In this document: positions 18,539 through 27,071 of the stretch, piece by piece
Layout of the letters: the number at the start of each line of letters is the position of its first letter
Numbering within the stretch: the first letter of the stretch is position 1
NCBI GenBank assembly: GCA_965248265.1
Contig: CBDFJF010000001.1
Coordinates: 384,001-448,000, forward strand
Reading direction: 5' to 3'
DNA from: Candidatus Latescibacterota bacterium
GTDB taxonomy: Bacteria; Latescibacterota; UBA2968; UBA8231
Length of the DNA: 64,000 nucleotides
The notes under the pieces: generated by a model
The model's database searches: none
The model's input: the letters and a program-made list of their open reading frames with translations, nothing else
Told to the model about the DNA's origin: nothing
Translations under genes and position numbers: made by a program

Positions 18539-20701
18539 CTACAGCAGACGCGACATGAGCTGGAAGGTCGCCCAGGAACCGATGTAGGCCAACGCTGTCA
18601 TGTAGGCGAAGGTAAATGCCGGCCACCTCCAAGACTGCGTTTCTCGCTGGATCACGGCCAGGGTCGACATGCATTGAGCACACAGTGCGAAGAAAACCAT
18701 GATGGATAGGGCCACCGGCACGGTAAACACGATGGTGCCATCCGCGTGTCTGGCGTTCTGCAATGCCTGTCGAAGTGCCCCCGATTCCTCGTCGTGCTCG
18801 CCTCCCAGACTGTAGATCGTTCCCAGTACGGATATGATGATTTCCCGCGCCGGAAAGGAGGCCAGCGTGGCCATGCCGATGCGCCAGTCCCAGCCGAGTG
18901 GACGTACCAGTGGCTCCACTGCCCGTCCGGCGCGCCCGAGATAACTGGCCTCCAGCAACGCGGCGGCCTCGGCCTGATCGACCGCTTCGAGCTTGTGGGG
19001 GGCGGACTCCTCGATCGCCGTTCGCTGCGTTTCGAACTGGTCGATGATTTCCTGTGGCCGGGGAAAATAGGCCAGGGCCCACATGACGATGGTCGTGGCC
19101 ATGATGATGGTGCCGGCGCGCAGGACGAAGGCCTTGCTGTTGTGGTAAACACGCAGGCCAACTGTTTGCGGGCTCGGCCACTTGTATGACGGCAGTTCCA
19201 GCAGGAACGGGGGTGGGTCACCCTTCAGCAAGGTCTTCTTCAACAACCAGGCCACGGGAACGGCGACGACGACACCGACAGAATACATGGCCAGCAATGT
19301 GAATCCCTGTACGCCAAACCAGTTGCCCAGCAGCGGGCGCTCTGGAATGAAGGCTGCAATGAGGAGGACGTACACGGGTAACCGTGCCGAGCAACTCATC
19401 AGCGGCGCCACCATCATGGTGGCAAGGCGATCGCGGCGATCCTCGATGGTCCGGGTAGCCATGACCCCGGGGATGGCGCAGGCGAAGCTTGAAAGCAGTG
19501 GCAGGAATGACTTACCAGAAAGTCCACAGCGAGTGAGCAGGCGGTCCATCAGCAAGGCGGCACGAGCCATGTAACCGCAGTCCTCCATCACGGCGACGAA
19601 AAGAAACAGAATCGCGATTTGAGGAAGAAAGATGAAGACGGCTCCGACACCGGCTACTATTCCATCAACCACCAGGCTGCGAAGGGCACCTGCGGGGATC
19701 GCGGTTCCGACAACAGTGCCGAAGTCAGCGATAACGGAGTCGATCGCATTCATCAGCGGCGCCGCCCATCGGTAGATACTCTGGAAGACGAATGCGCTGA
19801 TCGACAAGAAGATGAGCACTCCAATGTAACGGTGGGTCAATACTCGATCGATCCGATCCGACGCGCTCGCCTGCATCTCTTGGGGGTGCTGCATGCACTC
19901 TTCGAGGATGCCGTCGATCCAGGCGTAACGGAGTTCGGTCTCCAGGGTGGTCAGCGGTGCTGCAAGGTGCAGTCCCTTTCTCATCCCGGCCAGTTCCTGT
20001 CCGGTGCCGACGCCGTGTCGCTGGATCAGTCTCTCCTCCACATGGCCGCCCTCATCGATGAGCGCCCGCAAGGCCTCGAAGGGGCGGATGGAGTCAGGGG
20101 TTGACGTCAATCGGGCAACCAGCTCAGCTACTTCAGGCGGAAAAATGACTGCTGAGTCCGCCGCTTGGCGCGGTTGCTGCACAGCCTCGGCGACGGCTGT
20201 GGCCAGAGGCTCGAGGCCCTGACGTCGGTTGGCACACAGTGGAACTACCGGAACGCCCAGTTGGCTGGACAATTCCTGAGCGTCAACGTGAATGCGGCGC
20301 GACTCGGCAATGTCGACCATGTTGAGTGCGACAACGATCGGTATCTGAACCTCCAGCAGCTGTGACAACAGATAGAGGTTGCGCCTGAGATTACTGGCGT
20401 CGACGATGACGACTGCCGCATCCGCGTCGGGATCACCGTTCTGCCCGCCAAGCAGAATGTCGACGGCGATCATTTCGTCAGGTGAGCGAGCTGCCAGGCT
20501 GTAGGTTCCGGGAAGGTCGAGCAATTCGGCCGTCTGTCCGTCGGGCAGTGACCATGCCCCCGATTTGCGTTCGACCGTGACGCCGGGATAGTTACCTATC
20601 TGCTGAGCGAGTCCGGTGAGTGCGTTGAAGAGAGTGGTCTTGCCGGTATTGGGATTGCCGATCAAGGCGACGAGCTTGCGCTCGGGAGCACGAGGAGGCA
20701 A
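18539..20701 (-). CDS. feoB: Ferrous iron transport protein B
   Basis: GNPNTGKT, GNYPGVTVE, DLPGTYSL, NMVD, EDCGYMARAA, MSCSARLPVY, ELPSY. Confidence 0.98.
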   Translation of the reverse strand: MPPRAPERKLVALIGNPNTGKTTLFNALTGLAQQIGNYPGVTVERKSGAWSLPDGQTAELLDLPGTYSLAARSPDEMIAVDILLGGQNGDPDADAAVVIVDASNLRRNLYLLSQLLEVQIPIVVALNMVDIAESRRIHVDAQELSSQLGVPVVPLCANRRQGLEPLATAVAEAVQQPRQAADSAVIFPPEVAELVARLTSTPDSIRPFEALRALIDEGGHVEERLIQRHGVGTGQELAGMRKGLHLAAPLTTLETELRYAWIDGILEECMQHPQEMQASASDRIDRVLTHRYIGVLIFLSISAFVFQSIYRWAAPLMNAIDSVIADFGTVVGTAIPAGALRSLVVDGIVAGVGAVFIFLPQIAILFLFVAVMEDCGYMARAALLMDRLLTRCGLSGKSFLPLLSSFACAIPGVMATRTIEDRRDRLATMMVAPLMSCSARLPVYVLLIAAFIPERPLLGNWFGVQGFTLLAMYSVGVVVAVPVAWLLKKTLLKGDPPPFLLELPSYKWPSPQTVGLRVYHNSKAFVLRAGTIIMATTIVMWALAYFPRPQEIIDQFETQRTAIEESAPHKLEAVDQAEAAALLEASYLGRAGRAVEPLVRPLGWDWRIGMATLASFPAREIIISVLGTIYSLGGEHDEESGALRQALQNARHADGTIVFTVPVALSIMVFFALCAQCMSTLAVIQRETQSWRWPAFTFAYMTALAYIGSWATFQLMSRLL

Positions 20702-20719
20702 GGGTTGCGGAAGCAGTCG

Positions 20720-21004
20720 CTAGTGCCCGAGTGCGGGCTCCAGCGTCGTGGCTGCTGCTGCCAGTACCGGGCTCACCAGGATCGCCTCGGCGTCACGTCG
20801 TCGGATGCACAGGCGCAACTCACCCAGTTGCAGCATGAGTGTACCGCCTACGCGTAGTACACGAACCGCAGAGCCTCGAAGGCAACCGAACTCCCTGAGC
20901 CGGGTGGCGAGTGGAGTGCTTCCACGGATCTCAGCCACCGTGGCTTCCTGGCCTCGGGAAAGTGAGGACAGTCGTGTTACGGGAGTTGACGAATCAGTGT
21001 GCAC
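20720..21004 (-). CDS. feoA: Ferrous iron transport protein A
   Basis: LSSLSRGQEATV...RLREFGCLRGSAVRV...RRRDAEAILV, upstream of feoB. Confidence 0.9.
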   Translation of the reverse strand: MHTDSSTPVTRLSSLSRGQEATVAEIRGSTPLATRLREFGCLRGSAVRVLRVGGTLMLQLGELRLCIRRRDAEAILVSPVLAAAATTLEPALGH

Positions 21005-21056
21005 GATTGATCAGCCTCGTTTGGCTAGGCTACGTTGTGTTAGGCTATGCCACAAT

Positions 21057-21076
21057 TTGTTTGGCATATCAAACAA
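21057..21076. promoter_or_regulatory. Palindromic operator 1 (TTGTTTGGCATATCAAACAA), probable metalloregulator site
   Basis: 7-bp perfect arms; the core matches operator 2 at 15/16 positions; lies between the feo promoter and the feoA start. Confidence 0.7.
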
Positions 21077-21103
21077 CTGATTGGTAAGCCGAATCTGTGT
21101 AGA

Positions 21104-21131
21104 AATATACCAGCAGCCATTAGCATGTCAA
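21104..21131 (-). promoter_or_regulatory. Sigma70 promoter for feoAB
   Basis: Minus strand TTGACA (21131-21126), 16-nt spacer, TATATT (21109-21104) with an extended TG. Confidence 0.6.
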
Positions 21132-21194
21132 CACTTTTCTGTATATCGACCAGAATGCGTAATCTCCCCACAAATGATCGACTTACGGTAGTTG

Positions 21195-21223
21195 TTGACA
21201 CCCACCCAAGTCAAGTTTAGCTT
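21195..21223 (+). promoter_or_regulatory. Sigma70 promoter for the porin operon
   Basis: TTGACA (21195-21200), 17-nt spacer, TAGCTT (21218-21223). Confidence 0.6.
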
Positions 21224-21229
21224 ACCGTC

Positions 21230-21255
21230 CATAAGTTTGGTATGCCAAACTTATG
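21230..21255. promoter_or_regulatory. Palindromic operator 2 (CATAAGTTTGG-TATG-CCAAACTTATG)
   Basis: 11-bp perfect inverted arms with a 4-nt spacer, just downstream of the predicted -10. Confidence 0.75.
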
Positions 21256-21372
21256 ATTTGCTTGCCAATCTATTGGATGCCTTGCCTCCCAGGCGGTTGT
21301 ACTGTCAACCCGCTGATGCCGGTGTACATCGACCCTGTGAAAAGCATCTCAACGGCGTAGGAGAGAGAACCA

Positions 21373-22485
21373 ATGGCCGGATGGAAACTCGCGCGATTGA
21401 TTCGATGGAAGCTCACGCATTGTTCCATGGTGATACTGGTTGTGGTTGGGATGGTGCCAACATACGCGGCCGCGGACGATCCGCGTCCATCGGTACCGGG
21501 TGGCGTTCATGACAAGCCACACCTCGATAGCTCTTCCCCAGAGCGAGGGACCGTTGTTGGGGGGTACATGGACCACGAGCTGTTTTGGAATGGTGACACG
21601 AAAACATTCGATCAGCACCGCTTCATTCCCTTCATCCACGGCACCGTCAGCGATCGCATCCACGTCGCGGCCGAACTCGAGTTCGAGCACGGGGGAAACG
21701 TGGCAGGCGACGGAGAGATCAAGCTCGAGTTCGCCGTCTTGGACATCACCTTCAGCGAGGCGGTCAACTACCGGGGTGGGGTCATCCTGTCTCCACTAGG
21801 TCGCTTCAACCTGATCCATGACAGTCCGCTCAACGATTTCAGTAACCGGCCCCTCGTCAACCGCGAGATCATTCCCACAACATTGAGTGAAGCGGGCATG
21901 GGGCTTTTCGGTGTGCTCTATCCCTCCGAATCGGCGTTGCTTGGCTACGAGGTTTACCTGGTCAACGGCTTCAACGAGGCGACAGCGGGGAGAATTCGTT
22001 CGGGACGCGGCAGCCAGAAGAGTGACAACAACGATGAGAAATCGGTCGTTGGCCGGCTCAACTACAGCCCGGTGCTGGGCCTGGATCTGGGTGCCTCCGG
22101 GCATTTCGGGGCCTACGATGACGCCGGGCAAGAGAACCTGACGATCCTCGCTCTGGATGGAAGTTGGAACCGAGGTGCCTGGGATGGAAAGGCGGAATTT
22201 GCCAGGGCGTCGGTGGGTGGGGCACCGGCCGACACGCGTTTGGGCTACTACGCCCAGCTGGGTTACCACTTCCTCACCGAAGCCATTGACACATTTCCCA
22301 ATTCCGTGTTCACGGCATCAGCCCGCTATGACTACATCGACCTCGATTCCAGCGATGAGAGCCGCTACACCTTCGGACTCAACTTCAGGCCAGAAGAAGA
22401 CACCGCGATGAAGCTCGACTACGAGATCTGGGACAAAGACGACGACAAGACAGGTGTCGTATTGTCGGTTGCATCCTATTTTTGA
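21373..22485 (+). CDS. Outer-membrane porin (OprO/OprP-like beta-barrel)
   Basis: Signal peptide, VGGY, ELEFEHGG, IIPTTLSEAGMG, SDNNDEKSVVGRL, C-terminal ASYF. Confidence 0.8.
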   Translation: MAGWKLARLIRWKLTHCSMVILVVVGMVPTYAAADDPRPSVPGGVHDKPHLDSSSPERGTVVGGYMDHELFWNGDTKTFDQHRFIPFIHGTVSDRIHVAAELEFEHGGNVAGDGEIKLEFAVLDITFSEAVNYRGGVILSPLGRFNLIHDSPLNDFSNRPLVNREIIPTTLSEAGMGLFGVLYPSESALLGYEVYLVNGFNEATAGRIRSGRGSQKSDNNDEKSVVGRLNYSPVLGLDLGASGHFGAYDDAGQENLTILALDGSWNRGAWDGKAEFARASVGGAPADTRLGYYAQLGYHFLTEAIDTFPNSVFTASARYDYIDLDSSDESRYTFGLNFRPEEDTAMKLDYEIWDKDDDKTGVVLSVASYF

Positions 22486-22490
22486 CTTAT

Positions 22491-23087
22491 ATGAATTTTC
22501 GCGAACTAAGCAGGGTGTTAGCCCTGGTCGTGGTATCGTGCGTGCCGATGCTGCTGCCGGTACGGCGGGCCGCAGCTGATGACACGTCAACACCGATTCG
22601 GGTATACTATACCGCCGATGAGGCGCGACAAAGGATCTTCCCAGAGGCTGTCAGGTTCGAGCCGGAGACCCACACCATCCCACGGCAGGTGAAGCTTGAC
22701 CTGGAGGGTCAGCTGGGACGATTGTTCGCCGAGGACAGCCTGGAAGTGTACCTGGCCTACGACGCGGACAACCTGGTTGGGTACGCTGTAATCAGCAATG
22801 AGATTGGCAAATACCAACCCATCACCTTCATGGTAGGGGTAACCGCGGACTTCCGCGTGCAAGGTGCCGCGATTCTCGTTTATCGCGAGAGTCGTGGTGG
22901 AGAAGTCCGGCGCGCGCGGTTCTTGAGGCAGTACCGCGATAAGACGTCCCGCGATCCGATTCGGATCAATCGGGATATCGTCAACATCTCCGGCGCCACG
23001 CTGTCCGTGCGTGCACTGAATTTCGGGGTGAGGAAGTTGCTCGCCATCACCGAGCACCTGTACGGCCACCGGACGGCTTTCAAATGA
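22491..23087 (+). CDS. Extracytoplasmic FMN-binding domain protein (RnfG/NqrC-like)
   Basis: Signal peptide, GKYQPITFMVGV, YRESRGGEV, and the flavinylation motif in IVNISGATLS. Confidence 0.88.
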   Translation: MNFRELSRVLALVVVSCVPMLLPVRRAAADDTSTPIRVYYTADEARQRIFPEAVRFEPETHTIPRQVKLDLEGQLGRLFAEDSLEVYLAYDADNLVGYAVISNEIGKYQPITFMVGVTADFRVQGAAILVYRESRGGEVRRARFLRQYRDKTSRDPIRINRDIVNISGATLSVRALNFGVRKLLAITEHLYGHRTAFK

Positions 23088-23611
23088 AGTACTTCACTAA
23101 CAGGTCACAGCTCGCGCGGATGGATTTTCACACCAAGCTGATTATGACCTACTTCCTAATCTTCACGCTGCTGGCCATCGGATTCTCCATCTACATGTCG
23201 GTGCAACGTACCGGCCTCAGTGTGCAGGGCGCGTCGGATTATTATCGTGGCGCCGAGGAGCGCATGATGTTCGCAAAGGAAGCAACCGAGCTGACGGAGA
23301 CCACACACTTTCATGCCTTCATCATGCCCGTCATTTTTCTCACCACCGGGCATCTGTTTCTGCTCAGTGCCTGGGGTTCCCGGTGGAAAACCATCATCAT
23401 CACCGGCGGGTTCTGCTACGTCCTCCTCGACCTCGCCAAGCCGTGGCTCATCCGCTACGGCGCGCCGGGCTTTGGCCTGCTGGCTCCGGTCAACTCGGTG
23501 CTGCTTTCGGCGACCTTCCTGGTGTTCATTTTCGTCCCCCTGTATGAAATGTGGTTGCTGAGTCCGAATCGCTCTGACTCCGGGGCGCGTGAGCCCACAC
23601 TGGGGGATTGA
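23084..23611 (+). CDS. Four-TM membrane protein with His residues (possible heme b protein)
   Basis: Hydrophobic segments; TTHFHAF and GHLF in TM2; ATGA coupling to the FMN gene. Confidence 0.7.
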   Translation: MKYFTNRSQLARMDFHTKLIMTYFLIFTLLAIGFSIYMSVQRTGLSVQGASDYYRGAEERMMFAKEATELTETTHFHAFIMPVIFLTTGHLFLLSAWGSRWKTIIITGGFCYVLLDLAKPWLIRYGAPGFGLLAPVNSVLLSATFLVFIFVPLYEMWLLSPNRSDSGAREPTLGD

Positions 23612-23614
23612 GCT

Positions 23615-24520
23615 ATGCAGTGGATCGCGCACACGCGGATCGTGGCGTCCATTCTATCCCTCGCAACAGGAGTTGGAGCCTCCGACTTCTATGAGCACTG
23701 GGGGGATGGCCGGGCTGAGGTGTCCAGCTATGATGTGGTGGAGTCTCGTTACGGAGAGTTGCGTAGCGGCTACGGAGTTCTCGTCTACGTCACCGAGGAC
23801 ATCGATAGCAATACCCTCATCAAGGTCGAGTCGCAGCGCGCACCCGAGGCCAGGATCTACACGCTCAAGCTCAATAATGTTTTGAAATTCACCACGGGAA
23901 TTTACGACTACTCGGTCATGACCTCCGTGTTCAGTGCCGTGAAGGGCAGTGGGGGACCGCTCGAACTCAAGAAGATCACGCTGAGTGCGCAGGAATGGTG
24001 CGGCCACGTCTTCGAGGAAGTGCGCTTCGATGACGACGGAGGTATTCGAGGAGATCTCAACAGTTACTTCGAACGCGAGGGCAAACAGGAGTACCAGCTG
24101 GATGTTGCCGGCGAAGAGCACTTTATCAGTGAGGACCATCTGCTAATCGCGATTCGCGAGCTGATGGGTCCCATGATGGACGTTGGCAACCGTCGTGCGA
24201 TAACGCTGTTACCCAGCCTGTGGCACTTGCGGGTCCGGCATGCGCCGCGATCGGTCGTGGAAGCCGAACTCTACAAAGGAGTGGCGGAAATCCTGACGGT
24301 TGCTGGAGAGCCTACGGAGGCCATCCCCTGGCATTGGCGCGCGGTTGGAGCCGACATCGACAAGACCGTATGGGTAGAAACCGCTCAGCCGCATCGGATC
24401 CTGGCCTGGAAGGATGCGGATGGTGGCCGCGGAGAATTGCTCAAGACCCTGCGCTTGCCCTACTGGCAACTGCACGGCAACGCGGACCTGGTTTACAGGG
24501 ATAGCCTGGGTATCCCCTAG
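23615..24520 (+). CDS. Conserved secreted hypothetical protein
   Basis: Signal peptide; motifs WGDGRAEVSSY, RYGELRSG, VTED, KFTTGIYDYS, QEWCG of a widespread uncharacterised family. Confidence 0.75.
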   Translation: MQWIAHTRIVASILSLATGVGASDFYEHWGDGRAEVSSYDVVESRYGELRSGYGVLVYVTEDIDSNTLIKVESQRAPEARIYTLKLNNVLKFTTGIYDYSVMTSVFSAVKGSGGPLELKKITLSAQEWCGHVFEEVRFDDDGGIRGDLNSYFEREGKQEYQLDVAGEEHFISEDHLLIAIRELMGPMMDVGNRRAITLLPSLWHLRVRHAPRSVVEAELYKGVAEILTVAGEPTEAIPWHWRAVGADIDKTVWVETAQPHRILAWKDADGGRGELLKTLRLPYWQLHGNADLVYRDSLGIP

Positions 24521-25675
24521 TGCTCTGTTAAAGAGTGGGCATTGAGTTTTGGACTTTGGCCAGCTTGGCGTTGTCGGTGTTCTTGTTTCGCCACCTCAGG
24601 TACTCCTGCATGCGCTGGCCGACTTCTCGATGATCGTTGGGATCGCTGTTTTTAATGACGAAATAATGGGCTGCGGTGAGGTGACATTCGAGCCGATTCA
24701 TCCATGACGCGTTGGTGGCGGTGAAGACTGGAGAGACTTGGTTTCGTTGGCACCACTGCAGGATCGGCGGTGTCTTGTGCGTCGACAGATTATCCATGAC
24801 GACATAGATCCGCTCCGCCGTGCGATAGCGGAGCCGAATGGTCTTGAGGAAATCGAGTACGACTGACGCGTGTTTCTTGGGTTTGTGATGCATCCACAGG
24901 ATGTCCTCATGGACGTTATAGGCTCCGAAGAAATAGCTGACGCCGCCGTGGCGGCTATAGGTTGCCCGATGCCGGACCGGGCGCTTGTGTGGGGCCCAGG
25001 AAGCACCGGCATGCGGCTTGATCTGGACTGGTCCCAGTTCGTCGAAACAGACTACGACCGTGTCTTTCGGCGCCCGCTTGTAGAGTCGGTTGATGCGTTT
25101 TTTTTAGAGACAAACTCCGGGTCCTTTGATTCTTTCCAGGTGCGCGTCCGTTGATAGGTAACCTTATGTTGATCCAGGATTTTTCCGATGGTCACATGCG
25201 AAACCTCGGGAATCATCTGCCGTCCCACCAGGCAGTCGGTCAGCTTGCGCAACGACCACTGGTTGAACGGCTGGCCGAATGCACGGGGGGGCATCGTGGC
25301 AATTTCCACCACCACGGATTCGTCCTCCGGCGTCAACTTCGAAGGACGCCCCGGACGTGCCCGAGTGCGCAAAACCGTCAATCCCCCTTCGTTGTACTGG
25401 CGGATCAACTGGCGAACGTACTCCTCATGCAGATGCAGTGTATCCGAGATCTCCTGGACGCGCATGCCCTGGGCGCTGAACGAGATCAACTGCCCACGGC
25501 GCATCTGCACGGCGTTGCGAGGCCGTTTCAGCCACCGTCCCAGTTCCTTAGACTCCGCCGCGTTCGGCGAACGAGCATGGAGACACATAGCATGACCCTC
25601 CTGAAGGATTCACCATATGTATCCATGATACCACGACTTACGACAAAGTACAAGCTCGATTTCTTAACAGAGCAC
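24520..25675 (-). mobile_element. IS630-family insertion sequence (1156 bp), TA duplication in a CTAG target
   Basis: Terminal inverted repeats GTGCTCTGTTAA (24520-24531) and TTAACAGAGCAC (25664-25675), flanked by TA at 24518-24519 and 25676-25677. Confidence 0.92.
24528..25588 (-). CDS. IS630 transposase, two frames joined by a -1 frameshift at an A8 run
   Basis: HTH part (RPGRP, WSLRKL, RTWKESKDPEF) in frame 0. The -1 frame gives VVCFDELGP...VVMDNLSTHK...SWMNRLE (DDE). T8 at 25098-25105. Confidence 0.9.
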
Positions 25676-25741
25676 TAGCGAGCTGAAACGGCCTGTCCAA
25701 CGGCACCACCCATCTCCTGCCGGAGCGCCTGGCCTGCCACA

Positions 25742-25889
25742 TCACCGCAACAGAAGGAGCTTCCGCGACTCTGCTTTGTCTTCGGTCTCCAGACGGTACA
25801 GGTATACCGGACGCCAGTTCGTGGCCGTCGTCATCGCGGCCGTCCCAGCGTAGCGTGTAGGCTCCCGCCTCGCGTACGCCCTGTACCAA
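25742..25889 (-). pseudogene. Remnant of an FlgD-Ig / T9SS-type C-terminal domain
   Basis: GAYTLRWDGRDDDGHELASG, then after a frameshift near 25805 YLYRLETEDKAESRKLLLLR*. No upstream body. Confidence 0.8.
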
Positions 25890-25914
25890 CTTGGCTTCCG
25901 CAACTCTGCTTTGT
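25759..25914. repeat. 21-bp imperfect direct repeat GCTTCCGC(G/A)ACTCTGCTTTGT
   Basis: Copies at 25759-25779 and 25894-25914, one mismatch. Confidence 0.7.
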
Positions 25915-25945
25915 ACGGGAACGAAAAGCGGGCTTTTTTTACCTG

Positions 25946-26893
25946 TCAGCTTGTTGCCCGGGGATTAGAGAGAGCAGTGGTTGTGTCCTCTTGCCAGCGG
26001 TGGTGCTCTATTTTTCTGCCTTCCTTTTCCGCCAGAGCTTCGGCGTCCAGTGCCTTCTCCCACATTCGCACCCACTCTCCGTGATCGGTCAGCACAGAGT
26101 CCGGATTGGAGCCACTGCGAACAACGAAGTCCGGGTAGAAGGACCTGCCAGAGGGGGTCCCTGGCTTCTGGTAACGCAGGTCCATACTCCATCGTATCCC
26201 ATTCGAACGGTTCTCGGTTGAACGATGGGGAATCTGTTTGTCCATCAACAGCACTGAGCCCTTCTCCATCTCCAGAACGAGAGGCTCGATATCGGGCATC
26301 TCATGGTCAACGATGACGGTTCCCGTTCCCTCCACTTTGATGTGCTCCAGAAGGCCCTTGCCGTGGGTGCGCGGCAGGATCTGCAGACAACCATTCTCCA
26401 GTGTGGAGTCCGTCATCGGCAGCCACACCGTGAGAATTAAATGCGGGTCCGATTCGTCGAGGATGACGCCCATGTCCTGATGCCAGGCAGCTACGTGGCC
26501 AAAGGGACCCGACATCAGCCGGGTGGGCAGCTTGGCCCGCAGGTGCTGGACGGGGTTGCAGGTGATTTCCGGCCCCACGATCCCCTCCACGATGTCCAGC
26601 AAATTCGGGTTTCCCAGGAATTCAAAAGCCGACTTGGCTCGAAGCCTATAGATATCCATTTCCGGGTAGATATCCATGCTCTCCTCGCAGATGAGTGCCA
26701 GTCGCTTGTCGAATGGCGCCTCTTCGTGGAGTTGGGTGATCTTCCCATCGGCCAGCAGCTCGCGGGCACGACGATCGATGTGCACCTCGTATTCGGCGAT
26801 CACCGGATCGATGTCGGCGTCGTCAAGGGCGTTCTCGACGATAATGAACCCACTCTCTTCAAACTGTTCGATTTGTCTGGCGCTGAGTTGCAT
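25946..26893 (-). CDS. Phytanoyl-CoA dioxygenase (PhyH) family Fe(II)/2OG dioxygenase
   Basis: QFEESGFIIV, WHQD, WLPMTDSTLENGCLQILP, PHRS, RWSMDLRY; start at MQLSARQ. Confidence 0.92.
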   Translation of the reverse strand: MQLSARQIEQFEESGFIIVENALDDADIDPVIAEYEVHIDRRARELLADGKITQLHEEAPFDKRLALICEESMDIYPEMDIYRLRAKSAFEFLGNPNLLDIVEGIVGPEITCNPVQHLRAKLPTRLMSGPFGHVAAWHQDMGVILDESDPHLILTVWLPMTDSTLENGCLQILPRTHGKGLLEHIKVEGTGTVIVDHEMPDIEPLVLEMEKGSVLLMDKQIPHRSTENRSNGIRWSMDLRYQKPGTPSGRSFYPDFVVRSGSNPDSVLTDHGEWVRMWEKALDAEALAEKEGRKIEHHRWQEDTTTALSNPRATS

Positions 26894-27071
26894 TGTCCGT
26901 CTCCGTTTGGAAATTCGGTTGTCCAATAATGGGGCCAACGGCCACTCTTGTCAGGCCCCAAACAGGGCGCGACGCTGGCCGTGATGGGTTTGGTCTCGAA
27001 ATCGGTTATTTTCATGTCGTCATCCGCATCAGCACGTTACATCAAGCAGTCCACTACGAGATCACAGGACA

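Noticed and set aside
25924-25940. AAAAGCGGGCTTTTTTT as an intrinsic terminator
   Set aside because: The GC stem is only about 2 bp with a too-short loop; not supportable.
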